44,083 nucleotides of DNA from Octopus sinensis. Its lineage: Eukaryota. Position 1 is the stretch's first letter, and each line of letters begins with the position of its first letter. Made by a program: the position numbers and the translations under genes. The stretch is taken from positions 1 to 44,083 of the forward strand of contig NW_021834942.1 in assembly GCF_006345805.1 (NCBI RefSeq). The letters are read 5' to 3'. The notes beneath the pieces are model-generated. The model saw nothing but the letters and a program-made list of their open reading frames with translations. It made no database searches and was not told the DNA's origin. Shown here in pieces: positions 1 through 14,026 of this stretch.

Positions 1-18
1 ATATATATACACATATAT

Positions 19-180
19 ACGACGGACTTCTTTCAGTTTCCGTCTACCAAATCCACTCACAAGGTTCTGGTCGGTCCAAGGCTATAGTAGATGACACTTG
101 CCCAAGGTGCCACGACGTGGGACTGAACCTAGAACCATGTGATTGGTAAACAAGCTACTTACCACACAGCCACTCCTGCG
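19..180 (-). mobile_element. tRNA-derived SINE (family A)
   Basis: Reverse complement begins GCAGGAGTGGCTGTGTGGTAAG with a B-box-like GGTTCAGTCCC and ends in a (TA)/(TG) tail; near-identical to copies at 10195-10357 and 10372-10532. Confidence 0.85.
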
Positions 181-251
181 TGTGTGTGTGAGAAAGAGAG
201 AGAGAGAGAAAAACGAAGAGAGGGATCGAAAGAAAATACATGCTAACTCAC

Positions 252-358
252 AGCTCTAGATACGTTTTCTGTGGTGTTTACATTTTCAGTTAACTTCTTA
301 AAAGTCGAATATGCGTCCACGGTAAAAATCAGATGAAGTTCAAAGGAATGCGTCCAAC
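252..358 (-). CDS. Exon (phase 1 to 0), start of possible SEA-like domain: [36 protein letters not shown]
   Basis: Acceptor ttttcttttatgttcttgaatag, donor GCT|gtgagt; 107 nt = 2+35 codons, open and phase-compatible with exon 3876-3693. The SEA assignment is only a resemblance. Confidence 0.85.
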
Positions 359-1050
359 CTATTCAAGAACATAAAAGAAAAACCTAGACATTGCAATTAT
401 AAATGAGACACGTGCCACGGATGCACTGAGTGGCATATACTATGAACATAGAAATATATATTTAACAGTGTGTTGTTATATAATCACGGGTTATTTAATA
501 CCCCGTATGAAACCAATTGCTAATATCAGTTGTAGTCGGTCTATAATACCGTATACTTTCATTAATATAGCCAGTCTACGGACAAATATGCAATTGCATA
601 ATTGTTTGGCTTATGGATTCTTACACGAGAGAGATGGATGAAAATATAGGATTATTTCAATATTATTTAAATATGATTCATATGCATATGTATATTTTCA
701 GTGTGTGTTTACTTTTGTAACTGCCTTTGTGCGATGCGTTATACCCAGTTACCTTTAATATGTTCTGCCTAAGGTCTTGTATGGTTGAGAGAGTCACTGG
801 CTAGATTTCACTTTTAGGCATAGGAGATTGGAGTGTAGGTAATATGCATATGCAGGGTTTACTCACGGATATGTGTGTATGTATATACAGAAGTTCAGCA
901 AAAATTTAGATTCAAATGAATATGGTACTTAATTGGCTGATGAGTACTCAGCATTTTAAAACTGTTGTAATACTTACAACATTTAATAAAATGATGTAGT
1001 ACGAAACGATCGTACCAAATTACCGGAGTCATTCTTGTTGCTTATTTTGA

Positions 1051-1091
<41 letters not shown>

Positions 1092-1211
1092 CGTTACTGT
1101 GTAGTAGATTTGCTTCCCAATCGCAAAGGATTCAGTCCCACTGTGTGGCACATTGAGCAAGTGTCTTAGCCTTATTAGTGGATTTGATAGACACAAAGTG
1201 AAAGGAGCCCG

Positions 1212-1280
<69 letters not shown>

Positions 1281-1664
1281 CATATGCATACATACATATA
1301 TGTACATACCTACATCTATATGTATATATGAAACACGCATTGAGTCGAAGCAGGGGCAGCTGATGAAGGGGAATATTCCTAGTATTGTTTGTCTTGTACT
1401 CTGTTTTTTCGTTGTTAAAAAAGTCCGTTTTCTTGTTTGGTTTTATGTTTTCGTTTCTCGTTGTGTTCTACGTTTATTTGTGGTGTCCTGTACTCATATA
1501 TGCATGTATATATACATATAGATGTAGGTATGTACATATATGCATGTATATATGCATATGTTTTATTTATTAAATTGTTATTATATGATTGAACGCCGCG
1601 CGTTATTTTCTTCTTCTCCAAGTAAGTTTATATATATATATATGTGTGTGTGTCTGTGTGTCTT

Positions 1665-1697
<33 letters not shown>

Positions 1698-2271
1698 GGA
1701 GAGAGAGAGAGGAGGAGGAGAGAGAGATTCAATTAAAGGTTAGGTATCTCTTTAAGTAATAAAACATCCGATGAAATCATTGGTGTATGACCTAAGATAA
1801 CTGCTGAGATATTATATTTAATATTCAACCATAAGGTAATAGAATAATCTGTGGTATACGATTGTTTAAAAATAATAAGAAAACAGAGATAGACAAATTA
1901 ATAATTATTTATTAATTACAGAAATAGACATAGTCTCTGACAGCTGTTTCGGAGTTAACAAAATGAATATAAATTGATATCTATTTATAGAAGTTATAAA
2001 TATAAATATAAATACAAATATACCTCCTCACCCCTTATAAGGTTTATACCATGTTCTTTCTATAAAACAATATTCAGTTAGCTGTCATGCTCTGTACACT
2101 AAAAAAATCATGTAATTGTATATCTTTTTGCTACCTTTGTCGAGATTGAACTTTATAGTGTTTTAAATTATTCTAGTTAATTTCTAAAGATCGAATCGAA
2201 ACAGCTGTCAGAGTCTATGTATATTTTTGTAATTAATTATTAACTTTTCCATCTTTCCATCTCTATTATCT

Positions 2272-2303
<32 letters not shown>

Positions 2304-2496
2304 CATACATACATACATACATAAATACATACATACACACACATATATATATACACATATATATATAGACATACATACATACATACACACACATATATAT
2401 GTACACATTTATATATAGACATACATACATACATACATATATACATACATACATACACACATATATATGTACATATATATATATATATACACACAC

Positions 2497-2527
<31 letters not shown>

Positions 2528-3102
2528 ATATACACATATATATATTCAAATATATATATATACACATACATACATACATATATACATACATACATACTAC
2601 ATACATACATACACACACGCACACACATATGTAAAGATGCGTATACAGGTGCAGGGATAGCCAGATGGTTAAATGGTTCGACACATACTTAAGAATTCAG
2701 TCCTACTGCGTAGCACCTTAGGCAAGTGTTTGCTACTCCGGCCGATCAAACCCTGATTTGTAAATTTCAGATATCTAAACTGAAAAAAGCCCTGTATATG
2801 TCCATATATGTGTGTGTTAAAAAACGTACTCTTTGTTAAAAAACGTACTCTGAAAATCGCAAGCGCTTTTCCTGTCAACAAATCATTCAATCGTTCCATG
2901 CATTGGAAGAAATGTAAAATAAGAAATTCGTTACCAGAAAATGCGTAAGCATTAGTGATAGGAATGGCATTCGATTGTAAAACAATTGTTGTATAGTATA
3001 TCCGTCTAACCCATGACAACATGGATAACGGTCGTAAACCCAATGAAGGTGCAATGCATGCATACTTGATATATAAATGTGTGTGTGCGTATTTGTGTGA
3101 GC

Positions 3103-3144
<42 letters not shown>

Positions 3145-6100
3145 TGAGAGAGAGAGATTTGTATATATGTGTGTGTATATCTATGTATATATATATGTAC
3201 ATATAGGTGTATGATATACATACAACACTCACACACATGCGCATATATATTATATATTATATAGTATATATGTGAGTATATGTGTGTGTGCGTTTGTGTT
3301 TGTGTGTGTACACAGTAACTCATTTTATCATATATCAACTATTATCCAATCTTCATATTAAACATCCATCTATAAATAAATCAGAAATATTAAATTTCTA
3401 AATATCTCATAGAGATATGTACGGTGGTGGAGCGATAGAGTGGTGGTTGTATACTGTCAAATTAACGTGACAGCCCTGTAAGGGATTTACACCACTGCTG
3501 TTTAGCCCTAGGAAGCATCGACGCTTCCTGTCGGCCTTGACACATTTAAGGCCGACAGGAAACGTCGATGCTTCCTAGGGCTAAACATCGGTGGTGTTAT
3601 TCCCTTACAGGACTGTCACGTTAAGTTGGCAGTATACAACCACTCTATAAATAAATCAGATGCGATTAAACCAAAGAATTAACAACACTTACCAGGGAAA
3701 TCATTCTTATTGCATAAGTTGTCTCTGCAACAAGCAACACAAGCAGTGCCATTGGACCAATTTTTGCATGTAAGGGAATTGTTTCTGAAAGCTTCAAGGC
3801 AGTTGTTGTATGTGCTGCAGGATCTTTGAAACTTCAATGTACTGCCATCCACTGATAGCCCATATTGGCAGAGAGGCTGTAACAATGAAGATAACAGCCA
3901 TATAATACTTATTTCTTTATTACCCTCAAGGGGCTAAACATAGAGAGGACAAACAAGGACAGAAAAACGGATTATCTCGATTATATCGACCCCAGTGCTT
4001 AACTGGTACTTATTTAATCGACCCCCGAAAGGATGAAAGGCAAAGTCGGCGGAATTTGAACTCAGAACGCAGCGGCGGACGAAATACCGCAAAGCATTTC
4101 GCCCGGCTTGCTAACGATTCTGCCAGCTCGCCGCCTTAACAGCCATATAATGCTACCAAACGAACGTCGACAATAGCAACGCAGGATTTTTAGCATGTAA
4201 AAGTCAAATCTTTACTTCAAAAATTATTCAAGACAACAAATGAAACTGAAACAAAGCTGTTGGGAGATGAGTTTCAGTCATCCCCTGTATAATATATTGA
4301 CATATTCCACTTATACATGATGCGTTATAAATGCTTACACTATCCACCGTTATCATACGGCCGATGAAGTACGGCACATATCAATACCACACCTCTTCCC
4401 CACCCATAATAAAGCGCAAAATATTACAACTTACTCTGATACAAGCAGTATTCTTTAGCCATAGCTGAATAGCGGAATGGACTTTAAATTTTGTGCACAA
4501 AACACACGAAAAACCACGCGTGCAAACCTCATGAATAACAGAAAAAAGACAGCGGCACACGTCACAGAAAGCGGTTGTCTTAATAGGCTCCTCAAGCCTT
4601 GCAATGCAAAAGCAAAGACATGTATAAATTGATACCGGATATATATGTTTCTATTCTACGTGTATATTTTATAGGTACGGAGTAAAATACAATTTTGTCG
4701 CATGAAATTTGGAGAGAAAATCGCCCTCATAACCGGGTAACAACAAACTTGTTAGCATAATACTGTATATCTTCAAAACGCAAATAATGTCAGAAATTGA
4801 AGAGAGTATCACAAAGGAAGGATACCTGTTCTCATACCTTTCGTTCCCATCAACACAACTCTTTCACTATACTACCAGACAGAAGAAAGCTGCCTAGCCT
4901 GCCCGGTAGAAAGAGGTCAGTGAGTCAATCCTCGCGATAGACTTCGCTATTAACCGGATATGTTCCACACGTGATGGCAGCTGTTCCATAACTCTGCAAA
5001 TCAGCTTTGCCCAGACACTGAGCATGAGGAACGATTTCATCTCTCTGCGCGCCTCTCAGACGGCCTCATTTAATATGTTTCTGTACTTGCAGAGTTTAAG
5101 TCGCACCTGAAGCATCTGTTCGCAGCACATGTAAAGCAAAGGCTTCTGCCAATGTCCCATTGAAGACTTCGATCCGAAACTCCTCCGGAACGGACTAGGC
5201 AGTCCATTTCTATCAGCACCCAGAGATTCAGCGAGAATATAGTTACTCTTCTCCGCCGTTAAAACTCTATAAGTTATGGAGAGAAACATCTATCGATTTC
5301 GTTATCCGCATATCTGGGGGGTTTGACCACCTGATGGCATCGTAGATATCAAGGGCAGAGTTTCGCTCTTTGCTTTATTAAGATGGAGCACCTGATGAAC
5401 GGAACACGTCCCTTGCACGACGTTCCAAAGCGATCGCGTGGAAACTGGATCTAGGCACTATTGTCTGGCTAAACAATAACACAAGCAAGGTGAGACTTTG
5501 TCACGTCTGCCAAGATTTCACAGGATCTTTTCAGACCATGTTTGGATAAGACTGGCGACCCTGCTCATTGTTATATCTCAAATTTTGTCCGCCTGGACGT
5601 AAAAAGCTATCCAAGCCCCAAGTAGCTTAACCGGTCTGTAAGTCCAGCATAGCACGACGCCCTTCCCCGGCATGAACATACCTCTCCAGAAGCCGAGCTA
5701 CAAACTCGCAAGATCTCTAACTTGTCTGAGTAGATTTTAAGCCTTGCCATCTTTCCATATAAACTTTGAAAATATAGCAAACTCTTTACCATCGGTGTTA
5801 TCCGATACCATGGCGATGGCGTGGTTGGCATGTGCTGGCAAGGCTTTTGCTGTTTGAAAGTTATGCTCCTCAACTATTCTAACTTCTGTAATGGATCAAC
5901 AGCCAGGACCTACAAGAGAGGCAAGAGGGAGCAACCCTGTTGAACTGATTGAATTTAAGTTTTTTAAGAAGTTAGCCTTAACCATAGTTCAGGTGTTGCA
6001 GTACATTGCAGCGATTCAGCTTGTGAAAATAAACAGGATCGAACTCGCCAGATTTTAGTATACGTTCGAAATAATGATTGTAGACCCAGTCGAAACCTGT

Positions 6101-9100
6101 TGATCAGGACCATGTTTGAAGCCAGTTTTGTTCCATCAATATGATGCATGAGTTGGCAGGTTTCCAAGGTGGACATTTTCGTGATAACATACTCTTGCAC
6201 TTCCTCGACCAGATCACTAAAGGCAAGCACCACCCATTTTGCTAACACCTTGGCTAAACTATTATACTGTGTTTAGCGGAGTTATTTGACAACAATTGTT
6301 AGTTACGTCTCCCATAATGACCTCTTTTCTCAACAGCGTTAACACTCCCCAGCTCATACTGCTAGGGATTCTCCCGTTCAGTAGCCAACTGCAGTAGACG
6401 TCTTTCAAAAGGTCATCATAGAAATCTGTCATGAATTTGTAACACTCGGAAGGCAGACTATGAAACCCGAGCTGTTTATGCCTTGTGCAAGCGCTCGTTA
6501 CCTCCAGTATTTCATCTGCTGCAATCGGCTTTTTTTTCCTGCAACTCATATCTGTGTCGGTAGTTATTGAAGTAAACAATGAAGTACACCTGTCTTCTCC
6601 GATCTACGGTTTGTTCCGAACACTCACGGAAAGTGCAGCTGGAAAGCTGCACATAGTGTTCGGAACCGACCAGCATGTAGCCGTTTCGATCTCTAAAAGA
6701 TCAGATTGTATTTTTGTTGCCACGTTGCTCATCTTCCACACGAGCCGAACGAACAGCTTTTGTTCCTTCATATTTTAGCGAAGAAGCTTCTACTCTTAGA
6801 GCACAGTCTTCTTGCTTTACAAGGAAACATTTGTCAATGGTCAAAGTCGCTACTAGCATGTCGGTCGCGATGCTTCTATCAATTAATTCTCTTCTAATGC
6901 TCATTAGATCTCTCTTCACTCTATTTTCTTCTGTCAGTAACACGTTGCTAAATGCATTCGATTCTCATTTAATCGGCCTCCTAAAGACATCCGACTACCA
7001 ACAACTGATGGTCACTTCCATCAGTTGCTACTTAACGAATTTATTAATCTTGTTCCTGTAAAATTATTCTTGCTCCTTGTCGAGACACTTGTAACCTGCA
7101 GTAACTGTGTTCCCGTTTGAACCTGGATTTAGTTGACCGCGTAGATCAATAATTTGTCTGTTTTGTAGACTTCTTTGAAAAAAAGATCCCACACTCTCCT
7201 TATCCTCTGGCCTAGCACATTACTCTTTCTCAGACGATCTGGATAGCCCACTCTTGTTGTCCGATGTTCACACTGGCGCAGTTGAAAACTTCTAAGCGGG
7301 ATTTTGACGTTTTTGTAACCTCTTCATTGTTATTGCGTTAGTATTGCGTCTAAATGCAGTTCCAAATACCCCTAGTAAATATCAGAACGTCCCTAAAAAA
7401 GCTGCCAGACGTCAGGAGAAATCGAGACGTCCTTTTTTTCTGTTGTAGCATACACAGCCACTCGGCACCCTCGCTGTGCAGTGGTTGTGCTTTCAGATCT
7501 TTGTGCAGCAGGGGCCAAAAGAACTGCTTATACTATGAAATTTAAGGATTTCCAGTATAACAATGCAACCCAATCGCCCAAACACAACATTTTACGAGAT
7601 AAGAATATATTAGCCATCAACTATGAACGTGGGTGCGAGCGGTCCAGAGGTCCTGCCCCGCTAGTCGCTACATTTATGTAGAGGGATTTGTATTCAAGCT
7701 GATTCCTGGTTACGTACATTCATACACCCAACTGAAAGTGATGTTTGCCTGAGACAAAGAGAAAAAAGTCAAGTCTGAAGCTTGTGGTTTCGATTCCCGG
7801 ACCGGTTGATACTTTGTGAATTAAACACGACACTTCCTCATATAGTGTTCCAGTCTGCTCTGTTGTAAACGAGTATCAGCTTTGAGTTGGTCGTCCCTCT
7901 CTCTCTCGCCTTCAATTCTCATATCCTTGGCACCCAACTGAGTCGTGAAATTGGAATACCGAGAGAGTGTTTTCCTTCTGACTACATATATTTCTTTATT
8001 ACCCACAAGGGGCTAAGCATAGAGGGGACAAACACGGACAGACAAAGGGATTAAGTCGATTACATCGACCCCAGTGCGTAACTGGTACTTAATTTATCGA
8101 CCCCGAAAGGATGAAAGGCAAAGTCGACCTCGACGGAATTTGAACTCAGAACGTAGCGACAGACGAAATACCACTAAGCATTTCGCCCGGCGCGCTAACG
8201 TGTCTGCCAGCTCGCCGCCTTAGTCACCGAAAACAATTAGCAAAAGCATGGTTCAAGCTACCTGGTCATACTGAGTTGCTATTGACGGTTATGGACATAT
8301 TTTGATAGAGAGGAGGAAAGTAACATTTCATTTTACCAGTAGTCCTGGACAACTTCTCATTTGCGAATGATCGCAAATCATCCCTGAACATGTTTGACAC
8401 TGCAAATTCTTTTGAAATAAAGTCTTTCCTACAGAATATAAAATAATATAGTGTTGGAATCAATGTATGTTAGATAAATAAAGGAAATAATCAATTATAA
8501 CTATGCACGTCTTTTTTTTTAATTATCTTTGGGAAATGTTTCAGTTTTGTCACAAATTCAACTAAGAAAATCATGCAACCTAATTGCTGTGTTGCTTCTA
8601 TATCCCACTTTCACAAAGACCTGCAATTATCCAAAGAGGGAAGTTACTCCAAGTTATGATTACGCTGTTATAGAGTTAGCTTCCGTTAAAACCTGGGAAT
8701 ATCTTTTAAATTATGTCACAGGCAGCTCCTTCACAGTGTCCTCTCAGAAGAAACCGCCTTAACACTTTCCAAGCGCGACCAACTAAGACTATGTATATCA
8801 TCCAACCACCTTGCTTTGTTCTACTCCTAGGCCCCCAGAGATCTGCTCCTAAGTCCCCGGCACAACGAATCCGTCATTCTTGCACTATTTTCATCTTACG
8901 TCCATAGTACCGGAGCTGTGACTTCTCAATGATCTCATTGCAACCCTTCACTTCTTTATTATTCGGCAGTTAGCTACTTAATTACTTAATTACGAAATGT
9001 GTTTCTTTATCAGTCATTCACTCACTATGCAATGGTTGTCAAAACGTTTCCTCCTCAATAGCAAGTACTCTCTACTCCAGGTTAGTTTTAGATATGTACG

Positions 9101-9121
9101 TTTGTCTGCTAGACTTTTAGT

Positions 9122-9174
<53 letters not shown>

Positions 9175-9396
9175 TCATATATATATATATATATATATAT
9201 AAAGAGATAAGTGTATTTTTGCCTTGTTAAAAATTAACACGGAAAAAATAAATAAATAGTAACCAGGATAGCAAAAGATCACACGAGTAAAGTGGTTGTA
9301 ACTCGTTTTTAAAGGTAGAAACTTCGTCTTTACGTGAAATTTTTTGTATAAGAAAAATAAATAAATAAATGGATTTTAACGAAGGTAAACTCCACT

Positions 9397-9429
<33 letters not shown>

Positions 9430-9430
9430 G

Positions 9431-9469
<39 letters not shown>

Positions 9470-9489
9470 TATGCATGTATGTATGTATG

Positions 9490-9529
<40 letters not shown>

Positions 9530-11199
9530 CATGTATGTATGTATGTATGTATATATGTATGTATATATATATGTATGTATATATATGTTATATGGATGGC
9601 GATGGGATTGTGAAAGAGAGAGAACGAAAGATAATAAGAGACAACAATAAAGGAGACGGAGAGAGATGGTATGTGCATGTGTGTATCTGGATATGTGTGT
9701 GCACGCTTTTATACATGCAGTCACTTTGGTGGCCGTGTGCGCGGATCTATGTTTGTGTGGTACAGTTGATTCTGTGAGTGCTTTAGAGAGAATATGAGTG
9801 TTTGTCTCCGTGTGCCGCTGTGTGTGTGTGTATGTGTGTATGCATGTGTGCACGCTGGTTCATGTGTTTAGTGGGTGGGGGGCGTGGTATTTGCGAAGGG
9901 TGTGGATGGTAAAGCGTTCTTTATATACTCTTTCTCTCTTTTTTTTACTCTTTTTACTTGTTTCAGTCATTTGGCTGCGGCCATGCTGGGGCACCGCCTT
10001 TAATCGAGCAACTCGACCACGGGACTTATTCTTTTTGTAAGCCCAGTACTTATTCTATCGGACTCTTTTGCCGAACCACAAAGTAACATGGACATAAACA
10101 CACCAGCATCGGTTGTCAAGCAATGCTAGGGTGACAAACAGACACACAAACACACACATGCATATATATATAAATATGAATATATATATATATATACGAC
10201 GGGCTTCTTTTCAGTTTCCGTCTACTAAATCCACTCACAAGGCTTTGGTCGGCCCGAGGCTATAGTAGAAGACACACATTCCCAAGGTGCCACGCAGTGG
10301 GACTGAACCCGGAACCATGTGGTTTGTAAGCAAGCTACTTACCACACAACCACTCCTAAACCTATAATATATACGACAGGCTTCTTTCAGTTTCCGTCGA
10401 CTAAATCCACTCACAAGGCTTTGGTTGGCCTGAGGCTATAGTAGAAGACACTTGCCCAAGGTACCACGCAGTGTGACTGAACCCGGAACCATGTTGTTGG
10501 TAACCAGCTACTAACCACACAGCCACTCCTGCGCCTTTATCTTTTGGCCCTGATTCAAAACATAATTTGAGTAGCAGAGAATGACCTGAAGTTTTGTTAT
10601 TGGTAAAAGTAAAAACAAACAACAGAAGTAAGGAAGAGTTTACTAACCTTTACATTGTGAATATTTCCTTATAGATATTAATTTATCTTTAGAGCCTAAA
10701 TTTGTGTGACACTTGCCCTGAATTTTCACAGTTCTGTTGTATGTATTGTTTATATAATTTAACATAGCTGGAAGTTGACATCCACACATCATGTCTGTAT
10801 TGTTTCTGAGGTCACTGTAATTATAAGACAACTTTTTAAAGTTATTATCATTATTATTATTATTATTATATTATCATTGTCATTTACTTTTAATCTGCAT
10901 GTTTGATGCAATCACCTGCCGGGGCACACCCAGCGCCCTAGGGCAAGTGAAGGTTAAGAGTTGTTGAAATATAGCTGAAAGCTTGGGGAGGGGAAGTAGA
11001 GATATATCTCCATGTAATGCAAACACAAACATTTACATTGATAGGGTTTTTCTAAGGATGTGGGCAGTACTTGTTAGCACAATCTTTTGGATTTCCTTGA
11101 GACATGGTTTTCCAGGGATATTGTCTAGGTGTTTCTGACATCCCTTTTTTATCATACCTAGGGCACCTACAATAACCTACAATATTATTATTATTATTA

Positions 11200-11248
<49 letters not shown>

Positions 11249-13990
11249 ATTATTATTATTATTATTCTTTCTTTCAACGCGGATGGACGTGTCTCCGGAA
11301 GCTCCGTGATTTTTGTGGCAATTTCATTGGAAATTTGTTTGTGAGTTGAAATATTTTTTAATATTTGTGTGGCCAAGCCGACTAACTTTTTACAGAGCTA
11401 GTTGGCTAGGCAAAATTTTACCCCTTTGGGGGTGAAATTACTGTTTATATTATTGACATTCACATTATTTTGCACACACACAGTTCCAAAATGTCGTTAA
11501 AAAGAGCTGCTGGCTCTTCCCTCCTTGCAACACCACCCCCTCCACAAGAAGAAAAAATTTTGTCAGCGGTTCCGAACCGCCCATTTCAAGCCGTGAAAGG
11601 CAAAGAAAACATTACAATGGAACGTGCTGAAAAGCAAAGCGTTCCAAATAAGAACAAAAAAGACGGCGTGTCTTGCGACGTCATTTTAGATTTCCCCCCT
11701 CTACCTTCAATTAATGTTATAGTACCGAAGGGGGAGGAAGGGAATGATATGAATAAGAGAGAAATAAACAAAGAAACAAAAATTGAAGAAAATTCCAAAG
11801 GTTTTGCTTCAGCTGCGAAGCAGATTTCGGAAGAGATACAAGTTTCGATGGAGGATATTAAAATGGCAAAAGAGTTGTTGAGAAAAGAGGGAAACAGTGT
11901 TTTCCTCAACACACCTCAACAACTCATACATGACACCAACAAAAAAACAATTTTCTACAAAGTTTTCGAAAAGAAAACTAAAAGACTGGTTAACGCCACA
12001 CCCCAACAGTTAGAAATGGCTCTGAAGCCCATTTGGGGCCAAATGAGCTATGTGACAAGAGGGAAGCGATTTGGAACCGTGGAGGTTCGCTTCCCAACAG
12101 AGGAGCAAGCAAGGGCGCATGCCATTTCGCCCTTGCAAAATGAACATTTGTTCCTCGTTCCGATGTACCTCGGGCGTAAGGTCCAAAAAATAACAATAAA
12201 TACAATACCCCACAAACTGAATATCTCATGGCTAGTGGCGGCTATCCTCTATGGCATAGAGGACACTGCCACTATTCTAAATGTTCGGAGGGTAAGAGAA
12301 AAGAACTGGTCAGGTATGGGTATTGAAATGCTGGTACAGAGCCAGCAGGAAAACATCAATGCCATACATGACTTTGTCATTTTACTAGATGGGATCAGGC
12401 TAAACGTTACTGTAGAGGGGCGAAAGCCAAAATGTTTCCTCAGCAGTAGCGAAAGCCACCTGAAGAGGGACTGCCCCATTCAAAAAAAGAGAATGGAGGA
12501 ATACAGCAAGAGGCAGCAACAACAACAACAACAACAACAACAGAAACAGCAGAAACAGCACGAAACACCAAAGGCTGCCACACTACCAACACCATCACCA
12601 GCACCAAGACGAACAACACCACCTCCAGCAACAACAACCACCAAACCAACACCAACACCAGTACCTAGAAGGTCGACAGCAGCACCATCAACAGCAACAG
12701 GAGCAGCGGCACCACCGATACCGGCGGAACCAACGACTTTTCGTCCTGCTGCTGAAGCAGACCCCTCAACCATTCCTTTGCCGGATGAAGAGTACTCGGA
12801 TTGTGCGAGCTCTGATTCCAACAACGGAGAATGGAGCACAGTGCTTCCAAAAAAGAAAAGGAGGAGAAAACAAAATGACACACAGGGGAAGCACGAACAA
12901 ATAGTGCTTCCCAACATCAAAAACAACAACAACAACACATACTCACAACAACAAACAACAATAACACTTTCGACACCACTACTGCCATTGCCACTGCCAC
13001 AGACACAAACCCACACAGACACAATTACATCAATAAATACAAGAAACCAGGAACTGGTTGAGTATTTGAAAGAAAAAACAAGTACAAATATAACGGATTT
13101 CGTTATACCAACACAAAACACACCACCAGCACACATTCTCTAGGCGTTGAAGATGACGAACTGAGCGGTCTGTTCGAGAGGACTTTCGGGCCGGTGCCGA
13201 TGGATAATTTCCAGAGGTCGCTCGCCTGGCAGTGCTACCGAGGGGCTCTGCCTGTTCGAGATAAACTCTACTTGCACGGAAGTGCCGTCAGCCGGGCCTG
13301 CCCGAGGTGTTGCCAGGACGACGAAACCGTTCTGCACGCACCCGTCCAGTGCCCGAGTATTGCTGAAATATGGGTTTATGTCGAACAGCTACTGTCACGT
13401 GTAGGACGGATCCGACTATCGGCCGAATCCATAGTGAAGATTGTCCCGCCGACCTCCTTTAACAAGGAGGGCGAGGCCGTTTTCTTGTGCCTAGTGGCTG
13501 TGGCGAAAGAGGTGGTGTGGTGGACTCGTTTGAAAGGGCTAAAGTCAGACACTTTCCTCTTTGGTCAAGGCCTCATCAACTTTTTCAAGTTTCACTTGAA
13601 AAGGAAGATGAGGTTAGAGAGGAAAGTGCTGTCCGATAGCAAGTTTTATGAAAGGTGGGTGAATTGTGCGAGACTGGCCAGTATAAATGGACCAGTTCTC
13701 AGGTTTCGCCTGTGATTTCAAAAGGGTAATATAAAAGGAGAAAAAAAGGGACTCTCTACACCCCTTTTTTGGCCAGACTCCCGTTGGCTTTTGTAGGGTT
13801 TTTTCCACCAGGAACCTTTCGTAACGCCTCCCCCTTTTGGGAGTTTTTCATTGTTTTATAATTATTGTTATACAGTTTTTACTCGGATTTTTTAACAAAC
13901 GGACAAAACCCTTTGTAACCTTTCGTCCTGTTTTGTCCCTTTATGTTTCCAATCATGTGTGTCAGCCCTTGTGGCCAATAAAAAGAATTA

Positions 13991-14026
<36 letters not shown>

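Noticed and set aside
753-800. Candidate 48-nt minus-strand exon between the LU and SEA-like exons
   Set aside because: Weak pyrimidine tract and an in-frame TAG in the required phase-1 frame.
1345-1385. CTGATGA motif suggestive of a hammerhead core
   Set aside because: No GAAA after a stem II and no convincing stems I/III.
2240-3338. Many 60-190 aa ORFs rich in Y/I/M/C/V/H/T
   Set aside because: They are translations of (TA)n/(TACA)n/(CA)n microsatellites; the same applies to ORFs at 9227-9853, 13837-14227, 15022-15528, 18715-19113 and 21313-22455.
3907-4136. tRNA genes at SINE heads
   Set aside because: A/B-box-like motifs are present, but there is no complete cloverleaf and each continues into a SINE body and tail.
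12480-13136. Long antisense ORFs over LINE coding regions (also 43041-44011, 31173-32156, 16253-17558)
   Set aside because: Shadow ORFs of retroelement ORF1/ORF2 with no independent features.
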